Assembly: GCA_963706095.1 (NCBI GenBank)
Contig: OY970149.1
Coordinates: forward strand, 1,859,398 to 1,923,397
From: an uncultured Chloroflexia bacterium
Lineage (GTDB): Bacteria; Chloroflexota; Limnocylindria; Limnocylindrales; CSP1-4
Reading direction: 5' to 3'
Length of the DNA stretch: 64,000 nucleotides
The notes under the pieces are model-generated. The model was not told the origin of the DNA, did not search any database, and worked only from the letters and a program-made list of their open reading frames with translations. Of the stretch, positions 45,250 through 53,796 are shown one piece after another. Position 1 is the first letter of the stretch. Every line of letters starts with the position of its first letter. The position numbers and the translations under genes were made by a program.

Positions 45250-46095
45250 ACCGAAGCGAGGCACCAGCCGGCCGACCGTGTAGGCCGGCAGCCACAGCAG
45301 CCCGTAGTAGAGCAGGAATACCGGCTGCGTTGCGAGCGAGCCCCGAGCCCTGATGAGTCGAATCCTTGCACGCATGATCCAGGCCACGCGGTCCGTGGAC
45401 GAGGAACTGCGCCCGCGTGCGTGACGCACGCGGGCGACGGGCACGACGTCGAGCGTGTAGCCAGCGTTGCGAGCACGTACGGACCAGTCGACATCCTCGC
45501 CGTACATGAAGTAGCCCTCGTCGATGCCACCGATAACGCGGAGAGCATCCACCCGGACCAGCACGCACGTGGCGGGGAGGACGGCGACCGAGAACGACTC
45601 AGCGGGTAGATCCCCGAGCGCCACGTCTTCGTGGCGGTTTCGGACGCTGCTGCGCCACAACGTCAGATCCATCCCCGCCCCCAGGACCCGCTCGCCGGTT
45701 TCCCAATCGACGGTGACCGCGGCAGCGGCGGCGGCACGAGGCGTGAGGTCGAGATGGCGGACGAGTGCGTCGAGCGCTCCGGCTTCGATCAGCACGTCGT
45801 TGTTGAGCCACCACACGTAGTCGGCCGCGCTCTCCGTCGCCAACTGTGAGGCGACATTGCACGCGGCCGCATAGCCGCGGTTCCTCTCCAGCTGAACGAT
45901 TGATGTCCCAGCGTTGGGCATCGCTTTCAGGAGAGCGATGTCAGCCGCGCTCGAGCCGTTGTCCACAACGATTGCGCGCACTTCGGTCACGCCCCGCTGC
46001 TCGAATAGAGAAGCCACGGCCGCAGCAGTCATCGCCGCTCCGTTGTGGTTGACGAATGCCGCCAGGACGCGGGGCCTCGAGCGCGCGCCGGTCAT
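45133..46095 (-). CDS. Family 2 glycosyltransferase
   Basis: ORF 45133..46206. Start at ATG 46095, which overlaps the upstream stop (ATGA). Motifs VVDNGSSD-like (IVVDNGSSAAD), NRGYAAACN and GEDVDWSVRA are present. Confidence 0.8.
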   Translation of the reverse strand: MTGARSRPRVLAAFVNHNGAAMTAAAVASLFEQRGVTEVRAIVVDNGSSAADIALLKAMPNAGTSIVQLERNRGYAAACNVASQLATESAADYVWWLNNDVLIEAGALDALVRHLDLTPRAAAAAAVTVDWETGERVLGAGMDLTLWRSSVRNRHEDVALGDLPAESFSVAVLPATCVLVRVDALRVIGGIDEGYFMYGEDVDWSVRARNAGYTLDVVPVARVRHARGRSSSSTDRVAWIMRARIRLIRARGSLATQPVFLLYYGLLWLPAYTVGRLVPRFGLRAGLHLAADPLVWNVRDAVRRRRWRLRPEDLQIPRFT

Positions 46096-47426
46096 GCCGA
46101 CCGTTCCGGACGGGTGCCCTCTTCTCGGGCGAGGCGACGGTACAAATCGAGCAACGGACGTTCCCTGTGTGCCCAGCTGTACTTCCCAAGCGCGAGCTTG
46201 CGGCATCTTCGCCGGATCGCGCGGCGTTCCGCGTCGGGCATTAGGAGGAGCGCACAGATGTCGGAGGCGAGGCCGTGGGCCGACTGGGCGCTGGTGGCTC
46301 GCCCGACACGCTCGGCCGCGACCAGTTGGCTGGTGGCGGTTCCCTGGTGGCAGACAACCGGGACGCCGGCCATGAGGCTTTCGAAGAGCTTGTTAGGCAA
46401 GGTAAGCCGCAGGTTGAGCGTGCGCGGCGGAAATCCGACGTAAGAGACGTCGGCGCCCGAGATCCACTCCGGTAGAGCGTCTGGTGGTACTGCAGGCAGG
46501 ACGAAAATGCGGCCCGGCCTGTCCGATGCCAAAGCTTGGAGCCAGGGCTTGAGTCCGCCGAAGCCCATGATCACCACGGCTGCGTCCAACTCAACAAGTG
46601 CCGGTTGGTTGGCCGCCGTAATGAGCTCCTCGATGCCACGATGGCGCGTGAGGTGGCCGTGGTAGAGGACGACCGGACGCTCTGATGGCAGGGCCAGCGC
46701 GTCGCGCAACACGTTCGATCGCGGCTCCGCCTCGGCCGGCCGCCACGGCGGAGAGCAGTTCATGACGATGCTCGGTGGACTAACGTCAAGCCGCCTGGCA
46801 ACCAGCTGCGCCAGTCCGTTGCTGGCTGCCATCAGGCTGCTGGCCTCACGCGCCCAGCCCCGCTCGCGCCGGCGAAGCACCTCACGAATCACCCACGGCA
46901 GGCGAGCAATGCGCGCGGCCTCGGTCTGGTAGTCCGCGAAGTCATAGACGTGGCGACCGCCGGCAAGCCGGGCCGCACGACGGACAACGGGCAGTGCCAG
47001 GAGGGTTTCGGTCTGGAACACGTCGGTTGCCGGCGCCGCCGACATTACTGCTCGCGTCCACGGCCCGGTCCGCCTGGCGTGCGCGGAGAGCTCCAGCAGG
47101 CGCCTCAGCGGGTGACGGATCCGGTCCAGCCCGCGGACCTCGGCTGTCGGCAGGGTCGTCAGGGATGGGTCCATGCCAAGGGCACGAGCTACGACGCTTC
47201 GAAGTGCCTCAGGCAAAGGTCGGAGTGCGGAGACGATGCGGCCGTCGATCACAAGCCTCGTCACGGTCAGGCGATCTGCGACCACCTCGTGCACCGGAAG
47301 GCCTGTGCGCGACAGCGCGAGGACGTGAACAGTGTGGCCGTCGCTTGCCAAGGAACGTGCCATGCGCAGGGCGCGCGTATCAAATTCGAAGGTGTTGGCG
47401 GTAACGATCGCGATCCGCAGACTCAC
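46092..47426 (-). CDS. GT-B glycosyltransferase (family 4/1-like)
   Basis: ORF 46092..47426, 444 aa, GTG start. N-terminal IAIVTANTFEFDTRALRMARSLASDGHTV and C-terminal ...KLFESLMAGVPVV... (E-x7-E region) are present. Confidence 0.75.
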   Translation of the reverse strand: MSLRIAIVTANTFEFDTRALRMARSLASDGHTVHVLALSRTGLPVHEVVADRLTVTRLVIDGRIVSALRPLPEALRSVVARALGMDPSLTTLPTAEVRGLDRIRHPLRRLLELSAHARRTGPWTRAVMSAAPATDVFQTETLLALPVVRRAARLAGGRHVYDFADYQTEAARIARLPWVIREVLRRRERGWAREASSLMAASNGLAQLVARRLDVSPPSIVMNCSPPWRPAEAEPRSNVLRDALALPSERPVVLYHGHLTRHRGIEELITAANQPALVELDAAVVIMGFGGLKPWLQALASDRPGRIFVLPAVPPDALPEWISGADVSYVGFPPRTLNLRLTLPNKLFESLMAGVPVVCHQGTATSQLVAAERVGRATSAQSAHGLASDICALLLMPDAERRAIRRRCRKLALGKYSWAHRERPLLDLYRRLAREEGTRPERSA

Positions 47427-47455
47427 TCGGGGACGACTTGGCGACGCCGGTCGCG

Positions 47456-47854
47456 TCAGGCGCGAGGCGTGGCCAATCGGACGAATGCCGCGAGCGCCGA
47501 AACGATGCTCAGCACCACGGACACCAGGAACGCGGCGACCAGCGTGTCGAGCTCGATAGGGCCGGGCGGCCAGCCACCGAGCTGGAAGCCGAGGCTGAGG
47601 TTGTCGCTGATGGCCGCCACGAGCATGACCATGGCGGCGTTGATCACGAACCCGATCAGCCCGAAGGTGACGAAGTTCAGCGGCAGGCTCAGCAGCTTCA
47701 CGATTGGTCGCACGAAGGAGTTGACGAGGCCGAAGATCACGGCCAGAAAGGCCATGTCGATGAGGTCCGTGGGCGCCGTGACGTTTGGCACCAGGCGCAC
47801 CGCGGCCAGGAGCCCGATGGCGTTGATCAGCGCGCGGATGACGAACTCGAACAC
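47456..47854 (-). CDS. Small 4-TM membrane protein (PF04020 'phage holin 4'-like / YvlD-like)
   Basis: ORF 47456..47854, 132 aa. GTG start follows GGAGGGG. ...INAIGLLAA...FLAVIFGLVNSFVRPIVKLLSLPLNFVTFGLIGFVINA... is typical of this family. Confidence 0.65.
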   Translation of the reverse strand: MFEFVIRALINAIGLLAAVRLVPNVTAPTDLIDMAFLAVIFGLVNSFVRPIVKLLSLPLNFVTFGLIGFVINAAMVMLVAAISDNLSLGFQLGGWPPGPIELDTLVAAFLVSVVLSIVSALAAFVRLATPRA

Positions 47855-47905
47855 AGCCCCTCCGTGTTGGTCGCCGAGATGCTACATGCAGTCTGCGCGG
47901 CTACG

Positions 47906-49702
47906 ATGCCGATGATGACGTTCGCCAACCTCGCTCCCGACAATCGCCCCGAGCCCCAGAGCCCGTTCGACCGGGCCGTCCGCGACCTGCTCGACGACCT
48001 CTTCGAGCTGCAGCCGGTCTGGGCAACGGACATGGGGTATCACGCCTTTGACGACCGTTGGCCGGACGTGACCGAGCACGGCCGCCAGGCAGTCCTGGCC
48101 GCGGTGGGACGGCACCGCCAGGCGATCAGCTCGCTCGGCCAGGCCGAGCTCACGAGCGACGAGCGCATCGATCACGGGCTCGTTCTCGAGACCCTCGATG
48201 CCATCGAGTTCGCGGAGGCGGAGCTGCGCCAGACAGCATGGGATCCTCTGTCGTTCGTCCTGCTCGGCGGGGGCGGCCTGTTCAGCCTGCTGGCGCGTGA
48301 GTTCGCACCATGGCAGCACCGTGGGTCTGCGTTCATCGGCCGCCTCCTTGGCCTCCCCGCGCTGCTCACGGCGGCAGCTGATGGTCTGGTCGGCCTGGGT
48401 GACCGGCCGGTCTCACTGCTCCACACCACCACCGCGCTGGCGCAGCTCTCGGGCATTACCGAGCTCATCGACGAGGGGGTCGCCGAAGCCGAACGCCAGA
48501 CAGACGCGGGCATTCGGAGCGAGATGGCCGACGCCGCCGTTGTGGCGCGCAACGCAGTCGACGAGTTCCGACGGCGTCTCGAGACAGAGATCGCGCCGCG
48601 GGCTGAGGGCGAGGGCCGATTGGGTCGCGACCTGTTCGCCAAGAAGCTGCGCCACACTCTTGCAAGCGACATAACGCCCGAGGACGTCCGTAACCGCGCC
48701 GAGCGCGATTACGTGATGGTCCGGGCGGAGATGCTGCGCCTCGCGCGCGCGGCCTGGAGCGAGTGGCTCCCCGACGCGCGTCCACCCGAGGACGATGACG
48801 AAGCGATCCGGGCCGTGCTCGACGCCATCGGGAGCGAGCACCGCCAGCCCCATGAGCTGCTCGACTTCAGCCAGACGGAAGTCGAACGGATCGAGTCGTT
48901 CTGCCGCGAGCGCAACCTGATCGGGCTGACTGACGAGCCGATGCAGATCACCTGGACGCCGGTCTTCATGCGCGCCTACGGCCGTGCGTTCCTGTCGTCG
49001 CCGGGTCCGCTCGACAAGGGCCTGTCGAGCTACTTCTGGATCACGCCCCCAGACGAAAGCCTGGGCCAGGAGGCGATCGAGTCGTATCTGCGCGAGGACA
49101 ACGACCGGATGCTGCGCCTGCTGGCCATCCACGAAGGCGTGCCCGGCCATTACCTGCAGGGCGCATGGGCAAATCGCTCGCCCAGCCTGGCGCGTGCCGT
49201 ATTCGCGAGCGGCATCTTCGCCGAAGGCTGGGCCGTCTACGTGACGCAGGTGCTGATGGATCTCGGCTACGGCGAACACGAGCCGGCGCTGCTCCTCAGC
49301 CACTGGAAGTTCTACCTGCGCGCCATCACCAACGCGCTCATGGATGTCGCCATCCACTGCGATGGCATGACCGAGCAACAGGCGATGAAGCTGATGGTCA
49401 ATGGTGGATTCCAGGAGCAGGACGAGGCGCGGGCCAAGTGGCTGCGTGCTCGGTTGACATCGACGCAGCTCTCGACCTACTACATCGGCTCGCTCGAGAT
49501 GTGGGACCTCGAGGAGGCGGCTCGCCGGCGCGCCGCGCAGGCCGTGGGCGAAAGCGTCGAATCGGTACCGGCGCAGCGCGTGGTGGGCGACTTCGGCGAG
49601 ACGCCAGGCTTCGACTATCGGGCGCACCTCGAATCGGTCATCTCGCACGGCACACCACCGATCAAGTGGCTTCGCCGCGCGATCCTGGGTGAGAGCTGGT
49701 AA
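47906..49702 (+). CDS. DUF885-family protein
   Basis: Distal part of ORF 47438..49702 (alternative ATG at 47879). C-terminal HEGVPGHYLQ...FAEGWAVY... is the DUF885 metallopeptidase-like motif. Confidence 0.7.
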   Translation: MPMMTFANLAPDNRPEPQSPFDRAVRDLLDDLFELQPVWATDMGYHAFDDRWPDVTEHGRQAVLAAVGRHRQAISSLGQAELTSDERIDHGLVLETLDAIEFAEAELRQTAWDPLSFVLLGGGGLFSLLAREFAPWQHRGSAFIGRLLGLPALLTAAADGLVGLGDRPVSLLHTTTALAQLSGITELIDEGVAEAERQTDAGIRSEMADAAVVARNAVDEFRRRLETEIAPRAEGEGRLGRDLFAKKLRHTLASDITPEDVRNRAERDYVMVRAEMLRLARAAWSEWLPDARPPEDDDEAIRAVLDAIGSEHRQPHELLDFSQTEVERIESFCRERNLIGLTDEPMQITWTPVFMRAYGRAFLSSPGPLDKGLSSYFWITPPDESLGQEAIESYLREDNDRMLRLLAIHEGVPGHYLQGAWANRSPSLARAVFASGIFAEGWAVYVTQVLMDLGYGEHEPALLLSHWKFYLRAITNALMDVAIHCDGMTEQQAMKLMVNGGFQEQDEARAKWLRARLTSTQLSTYYIGSLEMWDLEEAARRRAAQAVGESVESVPAQRVVGDFGETPGFDYRAHLESVISHGTPPIKWLRRAILGESW

Positions 49703-50584
49703 GTGGACTTCGGCCTCGTCCTGCCGTCATATCGACCCGGCGCCAGCGTCGAGTCGATCGACGCCACCGCAGACGCCGCCGCGCGCCTGGGCTGGCACTC
49801 GGTCTTCACCACCGACCACCTGTTGGTCGATCCCATCGCCCGGTCAGAGGACTACTTCCATCTTTTCGAGGCGCTGCTGACGACGGTCCACGTTGCGGCC
49901 AAACAGCCGACCCTGCGCGTCGGCGTGAGCGTGATCGTTGTTCCCATGCGCAACGCGGTCGAGCTGGCCAAGGAGCTGGCCACGATCGATGCCCTGTCGG
50001 GCGGTCGCCTGATCGCGGGTGTCGGCGTGGGCTGGAACAGGGTCGAGTTCGGCAACCTCGGACTGTCGGAGCGGTTCACTCGGCGCGGCCGATACCTCGA
50101 TGAGGCGATCGCACTCTGGCGCCACCTGTGGGCCGGCAACCAGGGCCCGTTCGACGGCGCGTTCCACTCGTTCGGCGAGGTCCGCTTCTCGCCACTGCCG
50201 GCGCAGGGCGCAGGCCTTCCGATCTGGGTCGGTGGCCGGCACGAGGCCGCCCTGCGCCGCGCCGGCCGCCTCGGCGATGGCTACCACTCGTCGGCGGCAG
50301 GACACGATCAGCTGGCCGTGCGAGTGCCCGTCATCCGGGCCGCAGCAGAGGAAGCCGGCCGGCCGATGCCTCTGATCTCGGCGCGCGTTCGGGTTCACTT
50401 CGGTCCCGACGAGAGCCCGTTCTACGTCATGGCCGGGACGCCGGAGCAGATGATCGGCGAGGTACGCGCGTTCGCGGAGGTGGGTGCGTCGCACCTGGCG
50501 GTTGACTTCAATGAGACCGACCCGGCCACTGCGGTGGCACTCATCGAGCGCTTCGATGCGGAGGTCGTTGCGGCCTTCCGATGA
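49703..50584 (+). CDS. LLM-class F420-dependent-type oxidoreductase
   Basis: ORF 49703..50584, 293 aa, GTG start directly after the upstream TAA. Motifs ...FTTDHL... and RLIAGVGVGWNRVEFGNLG are present. Confidence 0.8.
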   Translation: MDFGLVLPSYRPGASVESIDATADAAARLGWHSVFTTDHLLVDPIARSEDYFHLFEALLTTVHVAAKQPTLRVGVSVIVVPMRNAVELAKELATIDALSGGRLIAGVGVGWNRVEFGNLGLSERFTRRGRYLDEAIALWRHLWAGNQGPFDGAFHSFGEVRFSPLPAQGAGLPIWVGGRHEAALRRAGRLGDGYHSSAAGHDQLAVRVPVIRAAAEEAGRPMPLISARVRVHFGPDESPFYVMAGTPEQMIGEVRAFAEVGASHLAVDFNETDPATAVALIERFDAEVVAAFR

Positions 50585-51435
50585 GCGGCCCAGTCCGGCC
50601 TGCTTCGGCGCGACCGCGTCGCGACGCCTCGGTCGAGCACGGCGATGTCCTGCCCCCCAGCGCCGCGGAGCTCGACGCCATCGAGCGACATCGGATCGAC
50701 TGGGCGACGCAGCTTGGAGCGTCGGTCCAGGAGGATCCGGAGCTCGGACTGGTCGACGTGCGCCACGATCAGCCGGGAAGCTCGCTCAACTACGCGGCGG
50801 CGCTGCGCTGGAACGATGACGCGGTCGAGGATCGCCTGGCCGCAGCCGCCGCGCGCATGCACGAGCAGGGCGTGTGGCCGTCGATCATCGTTTCAGAGGG
50901 AGTCAGCCAGCCGGCCGACCTGGCCGAGCGGGTGCGCGCGGCCGGCTGGGTGCCGGTCTTCGACGATCGAGTCATGTGGACGCGTCATCCCGCGACCGTG
51001 CCCCATCTCGATCCGGGATTGCGTGTCGAGGCGGTCACACCGGCCACAGCTCGCGAGGCGGTGCGTCTCGAGACGGAGGTCTTTGGCCTGCACCCAGAAG
51101 CCATGGGCGAGAGCGCCGAGCTGCTGGCCGATGCCGTGACCTCCGGTGGCACGCGCGGGTTCCTGTTGCGGCTCGTCGATGAGCCGATCGCCACGGCCAG
51201 ACTCGTGCCCGGGCCGGGGATCGCCGGGTTGCATGGCATTGCCGTCGCGGCGCGCCACCGCCGGCGCGGCTACGGCCGGATGATCACCACGGTCGCTACC
51301 CGCGCCGGCCTGGCCACGGGCCACAAGCTGGTCTGGCTGTCGGTCCTCGAAGGCAACACCGCTGCCGTCACGACGTATGAATCACTGGGCTTCCAGAAAT
51401 CCTTCAAGTGGACCCGCTGGGCTGCGCCAGCCTGA
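50581..51435 (+). CDS. GNAT-family N-acetyltransferase
   Basis: ORF 50581..51435, with ATGA overlap. The acetyl-CoA-binding motif is present in GIAVAARHRRRGYGRMIT. Confidence 0.7.
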   Translation: MSGPVRPASARPRRDASVEHGDVLPPSAAELDAIERHRIDWATQLGASVQEDPELGLVDVRHDQPGSSLNYAAALRWNDDAVEDRLAAAAARMHEQGVWPSIIVSEGVSQPADLAERVRAAGWVPVFDDRVMWTRHPATVPHLDPGLRVEAVTPATAREAVRLETEVFGLHPEAMGESAELLADAVTSGGTRGFLLRLVDEPIATARLVPGPGIAGLHGIAVAARHRRRGYGRMITTVATRAGLATGHKLVWLSVLEGNTAAVTTYESLGFQKSFKWTRWAAPA

Positions 51436-51454
51436 GACTGGCTGTTCGGGCTTC

Positions 51455-53539
51455 CTAGCTGGCCTCCAGTTCTTCGGCGCAGCGGTCGCGTGACTGGGTC
51501 ACGCTGAAGGTCGTCGTAAAGGACGCTGCTTCGCCTGCTGCGATCGCCAGCGGCCAGCGCTGCGTCAGGCACGAGCCCTGGTAGACGCGCTCGAAGCCCG
51601 ACTCCGAGTTGGACACGGTTTCGACAGGAAACCATTCCTGCGCCGCCGGTGGATCGGACACGACTGACAGCGCCGCCCCTTCGTGCTCGTTACCGACTGA
51701 GAGCTCCTCGCCGGCCTCAAGGGCGCCCGATGCGTCGTGGCGCGTTTCACTATCGTCCCAGCGGTAGTACGCCGCGGGATTGCCACCGCCGCCGAGCAGG
51801 TTGAGGTTCCACTCGAGCTCGAGCGTGCCTTCGAAGTCGTGATCGGAAGTCACGTCCAGGGTCAGGCGCAGCGTTCCCTCCAGTCTCTCGCCATCGACTT
51901 CCACGCTCTTCTGGAGCGTCACGCCGTCGGTTTGCCGGCTGGCCACGAGGCCGCGTTCGGTGACGCCCTTTATCTCCCACGCTGCCGTGTCGAACGCGCC
52001 GACCGCAGCGCCGTCCGAGCGCAGCAGTCGGGCCAGGCCGGATCGTCGCTCGTGGTCGTCGTACACGATCTGGTCGGCCAGGTCCTCGCCCTTCTCCACG
52101 ATCCCGGCGTGGTATGGCTCAGGCCGGCGACGCAGCACTGACGCCAGCGCGAGGCGCGTCGCGCGCAGGTCCCACGCGCCGATACCCGCGCCCTCGGCGA
52201 TGTCCACGAGCACCGACTGCCCAGGCGTTCCCAGCAGCACCTCGTCGACGCCATCGAGGTCGTAATCGGCGACACCCGCCAGCGCAACGTCGCCCAGCAC
52301 CAGGTCCTCTGCCGCGATCAGCTCGGCCAAGGTGGCCATGCGCATGTGGACGATGTAGATGCCGCCAAACAGGCCGTGCCAATAGCAGTCGTTCGATTGG
52401 CCGCGATACAGGTGATCGCGCGCGGCGTCGCGCCGCGCCCCCTCGGGCGCAACGGCGGTGAGGACCGACGCGCGCAGCATCTGCTTGTGCATGTCGTTTA
52501 TCTCGCGGTAGCGCACCTGGAAGTTGCGCCACAGCCCGCCACGCAGGAAGCGCAGCGGCGTCCGCTGTTCTCCGGCGTCGCTGTGGTCGGCGGCATCGTC
52601 GTCGTCGTCGGCCGCCTCGTTCTCGTCGCCATTGGGGGTATCGCGGTCGACAAGCTCATGGAAGGCCATCTGTTCGTGGGCGGGCAGCGCCCACTCGGTC
52701 ATTTCGACGTACGACGCGGTGGGCACATAGATGCGGCCGGTCGGCGTGTGGCTTGCCATCCACTGTGAAGGGGTGACCGTCGAAAGCCAGTCGCTGTGTT
52801 CCTCGAGCGCGCTGAAGAAGTTGTCGACCCACATCTCCCTGGTCCAGCACAGCTCGTCCGTGCCCGGCCACGCGCCGAACTTCTCGCCGTCGTCACCCAT
52901 GAATCCGACGCGATCGCCGGCCTCGGTCGCGTTGGCGCGCAGGTAGTCGATTACGTCGCCGACCGGCTTCCAGGGGATGCTGTTGCGCAGACCCCTCTCC
53001 GTTCCGAAGACGGTCAGTCGCCTGCCCTGGTCGTCTGTGGTGTACGTGCTCCAAATCCCATCCTCGGGCACGAAGGCGCCGCGCAGGTGGTTGTCGTCGA
53101 GGCAGGTGTACTCGTAGCCGGCGTCCACCAGGGCCGTGGGCAGAGATGGCTCCCACACTCGCTCGGCCAGCCACGCTCCGCTGGGCGCCCGGCCGAAACG
53201 ACGCTCCAGATCGTCGCGCATCAGTGTCAGCTGGCCGATCCGATCCGCGTCTGGCAGCGCCACGAGGATCGGTTCGTACATTGCGCCACCAAGGATCTCC
53301 ACCTGGTCGCGTTCGACGAGGGCGCGCAGCCGATCGATGAAGCCCGGATCGTTGTCGTCGATCCACTCCAGCAGCGGCCCGGTGTAGTGCAGGGCGAGGC
53401 GGACCGAGGGATGGCGCTCCAGCGCCCCGACCAATGGCTCGTACGCCTTGCGGTAGACGTCCTCGATCACCCAGCCGAAGTTGCCGACCGGCTGGTGGTT
53501 GTGGACGATGAGCGCGAGGGAGATTCGCTTGTCGGTCAC
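51455..53539 (-). CDS. GH57-family alpha-glucan-active enzyme (amylase/glucanotransferase-like)
   Basis: ORF 51455..53671. I prefer GTG 53539 (VTDKRISLALIVHNHQPVGNFG...) because the upstream 44 codons fall in a lower-GC, non-protein-like stretch. LALIVHNHQP is the GH57 N-terminal signature. Confidence 0.8.
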   Translation of the reverse strand: MTDKRISLALIVHNHQPVGNFGWVIEDVYRKAYEPLVGALERHPSVRLALHYTGPLLEWIDDNDPGFIDRLRALVERDQVEILGGAMYEPILVALPDADRIGQLTLMRDDLERRFGRAPSGAWLAERVWEPSLPTALVDAGYEYTCLDDNHLRGAFVPEDGIWSTYTTDDQGRRLTVFGTERGLRNSIPWKPVGDVIDYLRANATEAGDRVGFMGDDGEKFGAWPGTDELCWTREMWVDNFFSALEEHSDWLSTVTPSQWMASHTPTGRIYVPTASYVEMTEWALPAHEQMAFHELVDRDTPNGDENEAADDDDDAADHSDAGEQRTPLRFLRGGLWRNFQVRYREINDMHKQMLRASVLTAVAPEGARRDAARDHLYRGQSNDCYWHGLFGGIYIVHMRMATLAELIAAEDLVLGDVALAGVADYDLDGVDEVLLGTPGQSVLVDIAEGAGIGAWDLRATRLALASVLRRRPEPYHAGIVEKGEDLADQIVYDDHERRSGLARLLRSDGAAVGAFDTAAWEIKGVTERGLVASRQTDGVTLQKSVEVDGERLEGTLRLTLDVTSDHDFEGTLELEWNLNLLGGGGNPAAYYRWDDSETRHDASGALEAGEELSVGNEHEGAALSVVSDPPAAQEWFPVETVSNSESGFERVYQGSCLTQRWPLAIAAGEAASFTTTFSVTQSRDRCAEELEAS

Positions 53540-53796
53540 GCGGGACAGGCTGTTGCGATCGGGAATTTCACTGTCACTTCCACCTCGTGGGCTTTGCCAG
53601 CGGCAAAGGCTGGAGCAGGCGCCCCACCGCCCTTGTTTCGAAAGCTGTCGAGCGTGATTCAGCCGCGCCACAGCGGCGCTGGCAGCCGCGGATGCCTGTT
53701 GAGCGTTCGTTCATCAACGACCTGAAACTGTCAGTGAATTCCGGAGCAGTTGCGTGGGTGCGGCGGGTAGGTCCCGGGGCGCAGTAGCGAGCCGGG

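Noticed and set aside
47456-47854. A 'phage holin'-family gene, together with the HNH gene at 8635, as evidence for a prophage.
   Set aside because: No capsid, terminase, integrase, tail or lysin genes occur nearby. This 4-TM family is widespread as a chromosomal membrane protein.
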